IMG/VR virus record: IMGVR_UViG_3300021511_000005
Coordinates: 45,479 to 109,478 of that record
From: a virus
Strand: one strand, 5' to 3'
DNA length: 64,000 bases
The translations under genes were made by a program, and so were the position numbers. The notes beneath the pieces were generated by a model. The model worked only from the letters and a program-made list of their open reading frames with translations. It was not told the DNA's origin and made no database searches. Below, in pieces: positions 1 to 9,499 of this stretch (position 1 is its first letter; the number at the start of each line of letters is the position of its first letter).

Positions 1-1
1 C

Positions 2-601
2 GGGGTCCACGGGGCCTTGATGAACAACGGACAGAAGGACCGCGGAGGGCTCGAGGCCGGCGATCAAGACAGCTACCTCTTGGTCCTGGGGCATTACCAC
101 AAGCACCACGCGCCGGCGCCGGGGGTGGTCTACGTCGGCAGTCCCTTCCAGCATACCTTTGGGGAGGTCGGTAACCGGACCGGCGTGGGCCGTGTTCTGT
201 GGGTCGATGGGGGCGTGGTCTTCGATCAAATCGAGCTGGACGTGGGACCGAAGCATTACGTGGTGTCCTGGGACGTCGCGAAGGAGGAGAGGCCGCCGGC
301 GCCGGAGTCTCTGGTCAACGGGCAGCCGCGGCCGCAGGACAAGGTCCGCGTGGACATCGTGGCCCCGCCGAGCCTGATCAACAAGGACCTGACCAAGCGG
401 CTGATGACGGCCGGCTACGAGGACGCCCAGGTCAACGTCCAGCCGGCGCCGGAGAAGCGGGAGCATCGTTTCCCCCTGGTTCCGGGCGAGTCGCTGGTGG
501 AGCTGGCGGAGCGGTTCGTGGCCCACCGGTTCGAGAAGCAGATCGATCCGGACGAGGATCCGCTGTGCCGCAAGCTTCATGAGTGGGCGGGTGAGCTATG
601 A
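2..601 (+). CDS. sbcD: SbcD/Mre11-like metallophosphoesterase nuclease, C-terminal part (truncated by window start)
   Basis: LVLGHYH and YVGSPFQHTFGE are typical SbcD/gp47 motifs; the frame is open to the window edge; it abuts an SbcC gene. Confidence 0.75.
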   Translation, partial: GVHGALMNNGQKDRGGLEAGDQDSYLLVLGHYHKHHAPAPGVVYVGSPFQHTFGEVGNRTGVGRVLWVDGGVVFDQIELDVGPKHYVVSWDVAKEERPPAPESLVNGQPRPQDKVRVDIVAPPSLINKDLTKRLMTAGYEDAQVNVQPAPEKREHRFPLVPGESLVELAERFVAHRFEKQIDPDEDPLCRKLHEWAGEL

Positions 602-2634
602 GACTGATCGAGCTGGAGCTGGAGAATTTCCAGACCTATACCGGCGTTCACACGCTGGTCCTGGACAACCGCGGCCTGGTACAGGTCTCCGGCAACAACC
701 TGGACGATCCGGGCAACAACGACAACGGCGCCGGCAAGACGACGATCCTGGAGGCGCTGACTTGGTGTCTGTTCGGGGAGGGGCTACCTCGCAGCCAGGG
801 CAACAAGGAGAAGGGCGTCCAGGCCGATGAGGTGATCCCCGACAACACGAAGGGCCAGACGCGGGTCACGGCCTATCTGATGGACGAGCAATTCGCGCCC
901 ACCCATATCGGCGTGGTCCGCTGGCGCAAGTACAAAGAGGGATCCAAGAAGCGGTCGAGCGGAGTCACTATCCGGGAGGATGGTCAGGACTTCACCTACC
1001 TGGACATGTCGGAGGGGAACAAGCATATCAAGAAGACCCTGGGCATCGACCGGGACATCTGGGTCCGGTCCGTCATCTTTGGTCAGGAATCCGCCTTCAA
1101 CTTCTGCGAGGCGACGGCCAAGCAGCGGGCGGACATCTTGACCACGGTGATGGGGCTTGAGGAGCTGGACCGCTGGCTGGGGCGCTGCAGGGACGAGCGG
1201 ACCAACCTCCGGCCGATCCTGGCCCGCGCCGAGGGGGCCCACGAGCAGCAGGCCCACCAGCTCGAGCAGGTCCGCGCCGAGAATCCAGCGGAGCGCGTCG
1301 AGGCGTGGGAGCAACAACGGCGGCAGCGGCTTGAGCAAGCCCGAGCCTACCGGGATGAGATCGAAGCCCATGGCAAAGACCAGAAGGCCAAGCTGGACGC
1401 GCTGCCGGCGCCGGAGCCTATCGAGGAACCGGCTCATGGCGTGGACCCCGCGCTGGAGGAGAGACATCACCAGCTCCGGACGCAGCACATCGCAGCGTGC
1501 GGTGAGGTGACACAGCGAGAACGGACGCTGGCTGAGCTGGTAGGGAGTTTGGACAGCTTGCGGGACTTCAACCAGAAGGCGACGTGCCCAGTCTGTCTCC
1601 AGGATATCCAAGAGGAGCACAAGCGATCCTGTGAGCAAGAAGCAGCGCAGCGGTGCCACAACGCGCAGATTGAATTGGAGGCGGCCAAGGCTGCCGTACC
1701 GGTGACGGAGCAGGCCTTCGCGGCCGCGGACGCGGAGCTGAAGGAGGTCCGCCAGCAGCTGGCCCGGGCGTGCGAGTACTACGACGTCCACAAGGCTCGC
1801 AATGCGCGGCTGAGCATGGATCGGCTCACCCTGGAGCAGGCCGTCAAGCTGGATCGCAGCAACTGGCAAACGGCCAACACACGGGTCCTGGAGATCGAGA
1901 CCGAAGTGAATCCCCATCTGGACCTGGAGCAACTGTGGCGGGCGAAGGTGAGCAGGCTCGAGCAAGAGCGGGCCGCTAGCCAGGCCGCGGTGGATGATCT
2001 TCAGGAGCAGATGGGCGTCTTGGATTGGTGGGCCGCCGAGTTTCCGCGGTTCAAGACCTGGTTGTTCGATAGTGTAGTGGACAGCCTGGCCGCGGAGGCC
2101 AATCGCTGGATCAAGGTGATGACCGGCGGCGTACTGTGGATCCAGGTCTCGACACAGCGGGAGCTGGCCAAGGGAGCGTTGAAGGACGAGCTAGACGTCC
2201 AGCTCTATCGCTGGAACCCGGACGGGTCTATCACGAGCCGGCCCTATCGTGTATGGTCCGGGGGCGAGAAGCGCCGGGTGGCGTTGGCGGTGGACCTGGG
2301 GTTGTCCAGACTGATGGCCCAGCGAGCCTCCAAGCCCTATCGCTTCTTGGCGCTTGATGAAGTAGACCGCCATCTGGACACCCAGGGGCGGGAAGGCCTG
2401 CGGCAAGTCCTGGAGGAGTTACGACGCGAGCGAGAGACCACCTTGGTCATCACGCACGATCCCGAGTTCCGCGCGTCATTCGATCGGGAGATCCGGGTCA
2501 CCAAGCACGGGGGCTCGAGCACAATGGAGACCATCAATCATGGGCAAGAAACGAGAGATCAAGCAGACGCGGACCCGGAAGGTCGCCAAGAGGACGAAGC
2601 CGCGCACCAAGAAGCAAGTTCTCCGCCGGCCTGA
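598..2634 (+). CDS. sbcC: SbcC/Rad50-like SMC ATPase (recombination nuclease subunit)
   Basis: LELENFQTY start, Walker A NGAGKTT, coiled coil with CPVC zinc hook, signature SGGE, Walker B LALDE, ITH. Confidence 0.92.
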   Translation: MRLIELELENFQTYTGVHTLVLDNRGLVQVSGNNLDDPGNNDNGAGKTTILEALTWCLFGEGLPRSQGNKEKGVQADEVIPDNTKGQTRVTAYLMDEQFAPTHIGVVRWRKYKEGSKKRSSGVTIREDGQDFTYLDMSEGNKHIKKTLGIDRDIWVRSVIFGQESAFNFCEATAKQRADILTTVMGLEELDRWLGRCRDERTNLRPILARAEGAHEQQAHQLEQVRAENPAERVEAWEQQRRQRLEQARAYRDEIEAHGKDQKAKLDALPAPEPIEEPAHGVDPALEERHHQLRTQHIAACGEVTQRERTLAELVGSLDSLRDFNQKATCPVCLQDIQEEHKRSCEQEAAQRCHNAQIELEAAKAAVPVTEQAFAAADAELKEVRQQLARACEYYDVHKARNARLSMDRLTLEQAVKLDRSNWQTANTRVLEIETEVNPHLDLEQLWRAKVSRLEQERAASQAAVDDLQEQMGVLDWWAAEFPRFKTWLFDSVVDSLAAEANRWIKVMTGGVLWIQVSTQRELAKGALKDELDVQLYRWNPDGSITSRPYRVWSGGEKRRVALAVDLGLSRLMAQRASKPYRFLALDEVDRHLDTQGREGLRQVLEELRRERETTLVITHDPEFRASFDREIRVTKHGGSSTMETINHGQETRDQADADPEGRQEDEAAHQEASSPPA

Positions 2635-3154
2635 GTGGTACCGGCTCGAGGCGCTGTTTCGGGATGCGCCGGCCAACACGGTCAGCCAGGTGGACGGCGG
2701 CGATGTCGTCATGTGCGGATTCTTGCCTCCGGAGAACGAGGTGGCTCTGTGCCTGGCTCCGCCGTCGATCACCCATGAGCAGGGGCTGGCGCTTCAGAAG
2801 CTCCTGGAGGCCAACTTCCGCGCACCCGTGATGATCCTGACCAACAACATTCAGCTGGTTCGCCTGAAGCCCATCACGGAGGCGCTCGCGAACAAGGTGA
2901 TCGCGGAGACCACTGGCGAGGTCGTTCAATTCGGACACGATGGAGAAGACGATGGGAGCGAAGTCGGGACCCAAAGGGAAAACGTTCGAGAGGAAAGTTG
3001 CCCAGCTGATGAGGGAGATCTACGATCCGCCGGAGCTGCTGGCGGAGCTGGCGGACTTGTCGAAACTGGCGGCGAGGGCCGCGAAGGGGAAGAAGGGTCC
3101 GCTCCTGCAGACTCATCGGGAGCTTCAGAAGTCAAGCGCGGTCCGACGTTCTGA
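2540..3154 (+). CDS. hypothetical protein
   Basis: ORF with upstream GGAG; overlaps both neighbours with low-complexity tails. Confidence 0.55.
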   Translation: MGKKREIKQTRTRKVAKRTKPRTKKQVLRRPEWYRLEALFRDAPANTVSQVDGGDVVMCGFLPPENEVALCLAPPSITHEQGLALQKLLEANFRAPVMILTNNIQLVRLKPITEALANKVIAETTGEVVQFGHDGEDDGSEVGTQRENVREESCPADEGDLRSAGAAGGAGGLVETGGEGREGEEGSAPADSSGASEVKRGPTF

Positions 3155-3596
3155 CCAGGGCAAGGGTGCCATAGAGCCCGATGTGGTGATCCGGGAGGGG
3201 CTCTGCCCTTGTTGGTTGGAATGTCAGGACGCTGCGGGGATCAATTACAGGCCCAAGGCCAAGTACACGCAGGCATGCAGGGATGTGGTGGAGAGTCGGT
3301 CTCCGTTGTGGCCGGTGGCCATCTGCCACAAGACCGGGGACCAGAAGATCGGCGTGTGGATCGGACTACCCCACCTGGTCCTGCTGGCCAACATGCAGCC
3401 GGGCGTTGGGCGGACCTGCGAGGCCGGACCGCTGAATCGCTGGTCCCAGGGCTTCGAGTTGCGGCAGCCCGTCCGCCTGGACCTGGAGGACTTCCTGTTG
3501 CTGCTGCGGGATGACAACTCACGCCGCAATGTGCAGAGCAACAATGGGGCCAAGATGCTGGAGCGGCAGAATAACGCGCTGAAGAGGAACCAATGA
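2952..3596 (+). CDS. Holliday junction resolvase-like PD-(D/E)xK nuclease
   Basis: MGAKSGPKGKTFERKVA N-terminus typical of phage Hjc-like resolvases; PD...WLECQ; GGAGA RBS before ATG 2952. Confidence 0.6.
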   Translation: MGAKSGPKGKTFERKVAQLMREIYDPPELLAELADLSKLAARAAKGKKGPLLQTHRELQKSSAVRRSDQGKGAIEPDVVIREGLCPCWLECQDAAGINYRPKAKYTQACRDVVESRSPLWPVAICHKTGDQKIGVWIGLPHLVLLANMQPGVGRTCEAGPLNRWSQGFELRQPVRLDLEDFLLLLRDDNSRRNVQSNNGAKMLERQNNALKRNQ

Positions 3597-3784
3597 ACGA
3601 ATTAGGCGATAAGCTTTTCGAATTAAGGAAGGCGCTCAAGGAGCAGGCCGAATTGATGAGGCGCTGGGCCGGGGAGTGCAGGATCTTTGGGTGGTCCACC
3701 CAGTTGGTGGAGCCGATGCGCCGCCAGGCGGATCTCCTTGATGAGCTGCTGATTCGCCACAGGCAAGGGGAGTCCGATGGCTGA
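3593..3784 (+). CDS. hypothetical protein
   Basis: ATGA-coupled to upstream gene. Confidence 0.5.
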   Translation: MNELGDKLFELRKALKEQAELMRRWAGECRIFGWSTQLVEPMRRQADLLDELLIRHRQGESDG

Positions 3785-4379
3785 GGACCTGGACAAGGTG
3801 AAGGCCCAGCTGAAGGCCGCCAAGATCAACGAGGTCCTGAATCGGCTGAAGGTCTCCGGGGCGGAGGACTTCTTCAAGGACCACCCCCAGCTCAAGCAGG
3901 GCTACGCGATCTACATGCAGCGGCGGGCGATGCGAGCCAAGGTCGGTGCCGATATGGCCCCGGGTGGTTGTTTCATCCTGGGGGATGCCGCGGTGATCGC
4001 CGGCTGCGTGGCGGAGGCCCATACCATGCTGGCGCGGTTGTTGCGGCTTCCCGCGGAGAACATCAAGCTGTCCATCGAGCGTCCGGGGCTCAACACGGGG
4101 ATCCGACTCAACGCGGACGTGCAGATCCCGGAGGGCTACATGACACCGGTCCACACACTGGACTCCCCGGAGGCCCAGCTCGACGAGATCGGCAAGTTGA
4201 CCAAGGACTACCTCGAGGTCTGCCTGTCCAAGATCAACCCTATCTTCAAGAAGGATCTGACCGAGCGGTTGGCCCACGTTCGTGTGACTCGGCCGGACTT
4301 GAACCAGCCGGTGGTCCCCTTCCGGAAGGAAGTCAGTGGCGAAGAAGAAGAAGAAGAAGGTCGTCCTGGTCCGGAGTGA
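3777..4379 (+). CDS. hypothetical protein
   Basis: GGGGAG RBS, GC3-biased codons. Confidence 0.65.
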   Translation: MAEDLDKVKAQLKAAKINEVLNRLKVSGAEDFFKDHPQLKQGYAIYMQRRAMRAKVGADMAPGGCFILGDAAVIAGCVAEAHTMLARLLRLPAENIKLSIERPGLNTGIRLNADVQIPEGYMTPVHTLDSPEAQLDEIGKLTKDYLEVCLSKINPIFKKDLTERLAHVRVTRPDLNQPVVPFRKEVSGEEEEEEGRPGPE

Positions 4380-4992
4380 GGCCCAGGAGGCGCGTTCCGC
4401 CAAGAAGTGGCAGCGGGAAGAGGCGCTCCGTAGCGCGGAGGTCGCCTATATCACGGACGAGCAGCAACGGTCCCTGGAATGGTGGTGGCATCAGCTCTGC
4501 GACAAGGTGATCGACCTGCGGACCTATACGGTCCGGGCGTCGAAGGGCAAGTGGGCCGATCGTCGGGAGAAGTACTGGCGCGGTGTCCAGCAGGCCATCC
4601 TTCGCCAGTCCAAGAACCACGCGATCCGGGATCGTGTCCGAGGGCTTCAGGAGATCCAGAAGGTGAGGGACAACACGCTGGAGTTGATTCAGCCCAAGAT
4701 CGTGGACGGTCAGAAGTTCTACAAGGTCCAGCCCAGCACCTACGAGGGGATGGCCCGGGCCTTCGTGAAGCTCGACGAGCACCTGTCCGCTGAGCGCGAC
4801 GGGATCCTGTCCATGATTGAGCCCGACCTGGCCCGCGACGAGCTGGGCGAGGAGCGGACACTATTCCCCCATGACGAGATGACAGCTCTGGCCGAGACCC
4901 TGCTGGAGATGCGACGACAGAAGCAACAGAAGCGGCTCGAAGCCAAGGTGGCCAAGGAGAGTGAAAATGGATCCGAAGACGATCACGATTGA
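4336..4992 (+). CDS. hypothetical protein with Lys-rich N-terminus
   Basis: Long ORF in operon; GTG start after AGGAAG. Confidence 0.65.
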   Translation: MAKKKKKKVVLVRSEAQEARSAKKWQREEALRSAEVAYITDEQQRSLEWWWHQLCDKVIDLRTYTVRASKGKWADRREKYWRGVQQAILRQSKNHAIRDRVRGLQEIQKVRDNTLELIQPKIVDGQKFYKVQPSTYEGMARAFVKLDEHLSAERDGILSMIEPDLARDELGEERTLFPHDEMTALAETLLEMRRQKQQKRLEAKVAKESENGSEDDHD

Positions 4993-6349
4993 GACTGCGG
5001 AGGTCCGCGAGGGCCGCCGAGTCCGCTCTGATCTGGGTGATGTGGATGGCCTCGCGGCCTCCATCCGTGACCTGGGGCAGCTCCACCCCATTGTGGTGAC
5101 CAACGGGGGGCACGGTCGCTACGACCTTGTGGTGGGCGCCAGGCGGCTCCGTGCGTGCAAGAAGCTGAAGGTTCCGGTCCGAGCCGAAGTGGTGACGGTG
5201 GAGGAGGCGCTCAAGCGGCTGGACATGGAGATGCACGAGAACCTACGCCGTAAGGATCTGGATTTGGCGGAGGAGTCGGAGGCCCACGCACGGCGGAAGG
5301 CTCTGTGGGAGAAGGCCCATCCCGAGACCAAGCGCGGTGCTCCGCTCAAGAAGGGCGACAAGAAGCCGGAGCCTCCCGTGTCGCAGAAACCGCGAGACGG
5401 GGAGCCGCCGGAGCCGGTCAAGCGCTACACGCTGATGGCCGCGGAGGCCCTGGGCTGCAGCGAGCGGCGGGTCCAGGAGCTGCTGGAGATCCAGAAGCTC
5501 CCCAAGGACGCGCTGGAGAAGGTTCTCAAGGGGTGCAAGACAACGACAGAGCGTAATCGGGCCTGTCAGGACTTGCTTCGCCAGGTCCGCCAGAAGCGGA
5601 AGGAAGACAAGCTCCAGAAGAAGGCGGAGGCCAAGAAACAGCAGACGATCGAGGATGTGACCAGGCCCAAGGTTATCTTGCACCACGGTAACTGTATGGA
5701 GCTGATGGGGCACGCGGAAGAGACCGTGGACCTGTGTATGACAGATCCGCTCTATGACCGGAAGCGAAGTCTGATCACCCACGCGGCCCGGGCGGCCATC
5801 GGGGAGGATGTGGACTGGGACCACGAGCTGGACCTGGGTTGGATCTTCAAGATGGCGCCCATGTTGAAGAAGGGCGGCCAGGTCTTGGCCTTCTGCCCGC
5901 TGGAGGCCGTGGGCTCCTATGAGGTGGTGATGAAGGCCGCGGAGCTGGAGTACCGGATGACCCTGATCTGGTGCAAGACCAACCCCGGTCCGGCCCACCG
6001 GCCCACCTATGTCCATGCTACCGAGGCCATCGTCTGGGGAGTCAAGCCAGGCAAGGCTCCCTACTTCGAGCCCTGGGGCGACCAGAGCGGCGGTGAGGCG
6101 CTCAATTGGATTGAGGGTCCTATCTGCCAGGGTAACGAGCGGCTCAATCATCCGACGCAGAAGCCTGAGTGGCTGATCACGAAGCTGATTAACCGCCATA
6201 GTCAGGAGGGGGACAACGTCCTGGATCCCTTCGCGGGCGTGGGGACCACCGGAGCGGTCTGTATGGATCTGAAGCGGGCCTGCACCATGATGGAGCTGGA
6301 GCCCAAGTACGTGAAGTTGGCCCGGATGCGGCTGGAGGCGAGGCGATGA
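4967..6349 (+). CDS. ParB N-terminal domain fused to N4/N6 DNA methyltransferase (beta class)
   Basis: ParB: LAASIRDLGQLHPIVV, VVGARRLRA, ENLRRKDL, HTH-like segment. MTase: TDPLY (DPPY-like), HPTQKP, VLDPFAGVGTT. Confidence 0.88.
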   Translation: MDPKTITIETAEVREGRRVRSDLGDVDGLAASIRDLGQLHPIVVTNGGHGRYDLVVGARRLRACKKLKVPVRAEVVTVEEALKRLDMEMHENLRRKDLDLAEESEAHARRKALWEKAHPETKRGAPLKKGDKKPEPPVSQKPRDGEPPEPVKRYTLMAAEALGCSERRVQELLEIQKLPKDALEKVLKGCKTTTERNRACQDLLRQVRQKRKEDKLQKKAEAKKQQTIEDVTRPKVILHHGNCMELMGHAEETVDLCMTDPLYDRKRSLITHAARAAIGEDVDWDHELDLGWIFKMAPMLKKGGQVLAFCPLEAVGSYEVVMKAAELEYRMTLIWCKTNPGPAHRPTYVHATEAIVWGVKPGKAPYFEPWGDQSGGEALNWIEGPICQGNERLNHPTQKPEWLITKLINRHSQEGDNVLDPFAGVGTTGAVCMDLKRACTMMELEPKYVKLARMRLEARR

Positions 6350-6537
6350 TCTGGCTCTGGTTTGCGGGGGCTGTGGTGATCTCCTTTAGCGTTGGTTACG
6401 CGGTGGGGCACGTCCACGAAGGTGATTATTGGGAGCGGAGGGCTCGCATTCAGACACCTGTCTGTCACCGAGGGGAGTTCTACTATGTGGTGCCCGAGGC
6501 CGCGTATGTGGAGATCAAACGGGAGGCCAGACGGTGA
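6346..6537 (+). CDS. small membrane protein
   Basis: Hydrophobic N-terminal helix; ATGA overlap. Confidence 0.55.
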   Translation: MIWLWFAGAVVISFSVGYAVGHVHEGDYWERRARIQTPVCHRGEFYYVVPEAAYVEIKREARR

Positions 6538-6725
6538 GCCGAGTTAAGATCACGGTGACCACGGTGGGGGCGGGCCACGACCAGCTCCCCACCGAGACGA
6601 TGCGGAAGGCCATCCAGCAGGACGTCCAGGCCCAGATCAACGCGGGTCGGACGCTGCGCGCCGGCGTGAGTCGCGGTGGCGCGGTCTACCTGGTCTACGC
6701 GGAGAAGGTGAAGGGGGAGCGGTGA
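6534..6725 (+). CDS. hypothetical protein
   Basis: GTGA-coupled, GGAGG RBS. Confidence 0.5.
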   Translation: MSRVKITVTTVGAGHDQLPTETMRKAIQQDVQAQINAGRTLRAGVSRGGAVYLVYAEKVKGER

Positions 6726-6916
6726 TCACTGTCGTCCTGGTCAAAGAGGAGGAGGTCTGGGCCTATGACATCGGCCGCAGGCCTGGGGGTGAGTACGTGG
6801 TGGAGACGATCCCCTGTGGGGCTCAGGCTCACTTGGTCAGTGCGGCGATCAAGAAGCTCGACGGGCATCTGATGACGACGCAGAAGCGGGGCTGTAAGCG
6901 GAGGCGGAGACGATGA
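6722..6916 (+). CDS. hypothetical protein
   Basis: GTGA-coupled, GGGGAG RBS. Confidence 0.5.
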   Translation: MITVVLVKEEEVWAYDIGRRPGGEYVVETIPCGAQAHLVSAAIKKLDGHLMTTQKRGCKRRRRR

Positions 6917-7077
6917 AGTGTGGGCAGTGCGGCGCGCCGACGTTCTCTTTGGTGGGGGACCGCTGTAAGTTCTGTCGGCGCGAGGGCCTGGTGGCCCGGC
7001 TATGGTGGTGGCTCCATCCCGACTTGATGCGGCGCGTCCGCTGGCGTCAGAATTTCCGCGCGGGGGGCTGGTGGTGA
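6913..7077 (+). CDS. small zinc-finger protein (MKCGQCGAP...RCKFC)
   Basis: Read manually (below ORF-track cutoff); two CxxC pairs; ATGA overlap. Confidence 0.45.
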   Translation: MKCGQCGAPTFSLVGDRCKFCRREGLVARLWWWLHPDLMRRVRWRQNFRAGGWW

Positions 7078-7078
7078 C

Positions 7079-7369
7079 GTGCCCAAGACAGGCTCCAGGC
7101 GATTCATTCGGGTCTGCCACGAGGACCACTGGTACGAGATCACGGTTCCGCAGTGGCGGGCCTTCGATTTGCTGTCTCCCCAGTGGATGTGGATCAAGTG
7201 GAAGGTTATTCACTTCAACACGCGGCTGGGGCTCGAACGTCAGGGCTGGGCGGAGTTCCGCAATGTCAGTGGAACGTTGCAAGTCCGGCTCACACCGCTG
7301 GGGCTTATCATCCGCGACAAGGTGGAGCTGCGGTTGGCCCAGCGCCGCGATCGGGAGCTGAGACGATGA
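7079..7369 (+). CDS. hypothetical protein
   Basis: ORF fills the gap in the operon. Confidence 0.5.
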   Translation: MPKTGSRRFIRVCHEDHWYEITVPQWRAFDLLSPQWMWIKWKVIHFNTRLGLERQGWAEFRNVSGTLQVRLTPLGLIIRDKVELRLAQRRDRELRR

Positions 7370-7875
7370 TTGTCCGATTGCCTGATGTGCCCCCGATGAC
7401 CGAAGACGGCGATCCTCCCGATCCATTGGCGGTGTTGCTGGGGTCAGCGGGACCTTGGCAGCCCCGGATCGCCAAGGACTTGGGGGCCAAGGCCGGTTCA
7501 GCGGGGGCGGTGGTGATGACGGATTGCCCTATTCGGGGAGTTCTGCAGACGGAGGGGTATCGTCCGGAGCCCATCTTGGACGCGATTCAGCTGTTGGTGG
7601 AAGCCGCGGATGTGGTGATGGTCTGGATCGATGGGGGTCCTGTGTGGTTGTGGCTTGAGCTGGGGGTCTGGATCGCGGATCGTCGTTTCGTTTGGGGTAT
7701 CGACGAGTCAGTCCGAAGCCATTTTCATCACGTTGGGCATCTCTATCACTTGTTGGTCCGCGAGGGCCGGGCGGTCCGCGCAACTCGTGAAGATACCCTA
7801 ATAGAGGCCGGGATCCGGCTACAGGAGAGACGAGCATGGAGACGCGACACATCCGGTTCTACATCAGCGAGTTGA
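7366..7875 (+). CDS. nucleoside 2-deoxyribosyltransferase-like protein
   Basis: EAADVVMVWID...WLELGVW...RFVWG pattern resembles the NDT-like family. Confidence 0.45.
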   Translation: MIVRLPDVPPMTEDGDPPDPLAVLLGSAGPWQPRIAKDLGAKAGSAGAVVMTDCPIRGVLQTEGYRPEPILDAIQLLVEAADVVMVWIDGGPVWLWLELGVWIADRRFVWGIDESVRSHFHHVGHLYHLLVREGRAVRATREDTLIEAGIRLQERRAWRRDTSGSTSAS

Positions 7876-8351
7876 TCGCGGCGCTCGAGGCCTATGGCAA
7901 GCTGCGGCGGCCGTCCATCTCGGAGGCGTTGACCTACTACTACAACTGGGCCTACGCCCGAGGGTGGCGGATCATCAGCGTCCTGGGGCATGGTGGCCGT
8001 CAGAGGATCTGGACGGGGGCAGGTGACCGGTCTACCCAGCTCGAGATCCAGGAGCTGGACTACGCCTATGAGGTGGTGATGGCCGGCGAGGACACAGACG
8101 GGACCTGCGACTTCATCGAGGCCTTTCCGGTGGTGGTGGCTGTCCGCGATATCGTCGAGGAGCTGGAGGCCCGGGGCTGGGTCATAGACGCCGATCGCGA
8201 TGGCTACCAGAAGGAAGACGGCTATCTCTACATCGCGGGCGGACAGATCGCCAAGCTACCCCTGGAGCGGGTCTTCGACTGGGACAGTCCGGAGGGGGTG
8301 GCGGAGGCCTGCGATCTGCTGGAGTCCAACGCCGTTCGGATGGGCATCTGA
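7836..8351 (+). CDS. hypothetical protein
   Basis: AGGAG RBS, operon context. Confidence 0.6.
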   Translation: METRHIRFYISELIAALEAYGKLRRPSISEALTYYYNWAYARGWRIISVLGHGGRQRIWTGAGDRSTQLEIQELDYAYEVVMAGEDTDGTCDFIEAFPVVVAVRDIVEELEARGWVIDADRDGYQKEDGYLYIAGGQIAKLPLERVFDWDSPEGVAEACDLLESNAVRMGI

Positions 8352-8557
8352 TGGGCTTCAAGCGCCACAGGGAAGCAGGGGAGCCGACCCACGTCCAGGT
8401 GATGGAGAGCCACGATTGGGTTCTCCAGGGGGGCTTCTGGGTCAAGGACATCAACGGGGATCTGCGGAAGCTGTCCGCCGGCCTGGTTCTGCGGCTGTGG
8501 GAGGAACAGGGGCCGCGGAATTTGGAGAGGACGGTCCGTGCCAAGGAGGCCGAGTAG
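8351..8557 (+). CDS. hypothetical protein
   Basis: TGATG coupling. Confidence 0.5.
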   Translation: MGFKRHREAGEPTHVQVMESHDWVLQGGFWVKDINGDLRKLSAGLVLRLWEEQGPRNLERTVRAKEAE

Positions 8558-8752
8558 ATGCCGCGTCCACAACCTCATGATTTCCGCCTGGAGCGGCTCT
8601 GCGCGTCTGGGTGGTTACTGTTGGACTTCGGGACCCAGCGGGAGATGAACGCCGGCTATCGGGCTCTGACGGGCTCGCTCGAGCTGATTCATGTCCGGTT
8701 CCGCGTGTTGCGGCCGGACGGCAAGACCGAGGTGGATACAGGAGATCGATAA
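8558..8752 (+). CDS. hypothetical protein
   Basis: AGGAGG RBS, abuts neighbours. Confidence 0.5.
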   Translation: MPRPQPHDFRLERLCASGWLLLDFGTQREMNAGYRALTGSLELIHVRFRVLRPDGKTEVDTGDR

Positions 8753-9036
8753 TGCCCTTCAAGCAGGACCTACAACAGCTGATGCAGCAGTTCGGCGGGC
8801 CGATGAACGCCATGGCGACGGTCCAGGGGATTGCCGGCGTGGCGATGGCGGTGGTCTACCAGGACCCCGAGGCGAGCGCGGAGGAGCGCAAGGACGAGGT
8901 GGCGCTGATCATCGTGCCCAAGCAGGCCCATATGGAGGACGACGTTATCCAGGTGGCCATCAACGCACTACAGGCGCATCTGCAGACCAAGCAGGCCCAG
9001 GACGCCGGCGGCGCTGCTGGCGGACCCAACAACTAG
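8752..9036 (+). CDS. hypothetical protein
   Basis: AGGAG RBS, TAATG coupling. Confidence 0.55.
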   Translation: MPFKQDLQQLMQQFGGPMNAMATVQGIAGVAMAVVYQDPEASAEERKDEVALIIVPKQAHMEDDVIQVAINALQAHLQTKQAQDAGGAAGGPNN

Positions 9037-9044
9037 GAGGAGAC

Positions 9045-9284
9045 ATGGACGTCAAGACCGCAGTCGAGGTGTTGGAGCGATTCAAAGCCCACTACAGCAT
9101 CTTGAAGTACTTCAGGTGGGATCATCTTCCCGAGCCTCTACAGGCGGTTTCCAGGTCTTTCGGGATGCTGGCAGCGCGGGCGTTGCTCGACGTAGGTGAT
9201 ACGAAGGCGCCGGCGGAGGTGGCCGCGGGCCTGCGGAAGCTCCTGGAGGCGAAGGACTGTTTCGTCCGCGCGGCGCTGAAATGA
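9045..9284 (+). CDS. conserved small helical phage protein (F.W/Y.HLP..LQAVS...GLRKLLEAKDCxVRA family)
   Basis: AGGAGG RBS; recognisable widespread phage motif of unknown function. Confidence 0.7.
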   Translation: MDVKTAVEVLERFKAHYSILKYFRWDHLPEPLQAVSRSFGMLAARALLDVGDTKAPAEVAAGLRKLLEAKDCFVRAALK

Positions 9285-9499
9285 GCGAGTATCTGTGGAG
9301 GGGATTGGCCATGGGGGTGGCCGAGACCGATTCGGCATTGAAGGCCTGGCCCAGGCAGATCTTCCAAGACTATGATGCTGGCGCGGCGGTGGCGAAGAAG
9401 GAGCGTGTGGCGCTGGCTCAGCTTCTTCGCGAGGCGTTGAAACATCTCGAGCCTGGCGATCTGCGGGAACGCGTCAAGCGGGCGCTATCGGGGGAGTGA
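9281..9499 (+). CDS. hypothetical protein
   Basis: ATGA-coupled. Confidence 0.5.
   Translation: MSEYLWRGLAMGVAETDSALKAWPRQIFQDYDAGAAVAKKERVALAQLLREALKHLEPGDLRERVKRALSGE

Noticed and set aside
2540-3154. Long gene overlaps (also 2540-2634, 27242-27432, 25322-25654) as functional overprinting or frameshifts
   Set aside because: The overlapping tails are low-complexity read-through typical of GC-rich DNA with few stops; no slippery site was seen.
4341-4359. (GAA)6 microsatellite as a phase-variation tract
   Set aside because: It is an in-frame triplet encoding poly-Lys/poly-Glu in two overlapping genes; slippage would not switch frame.
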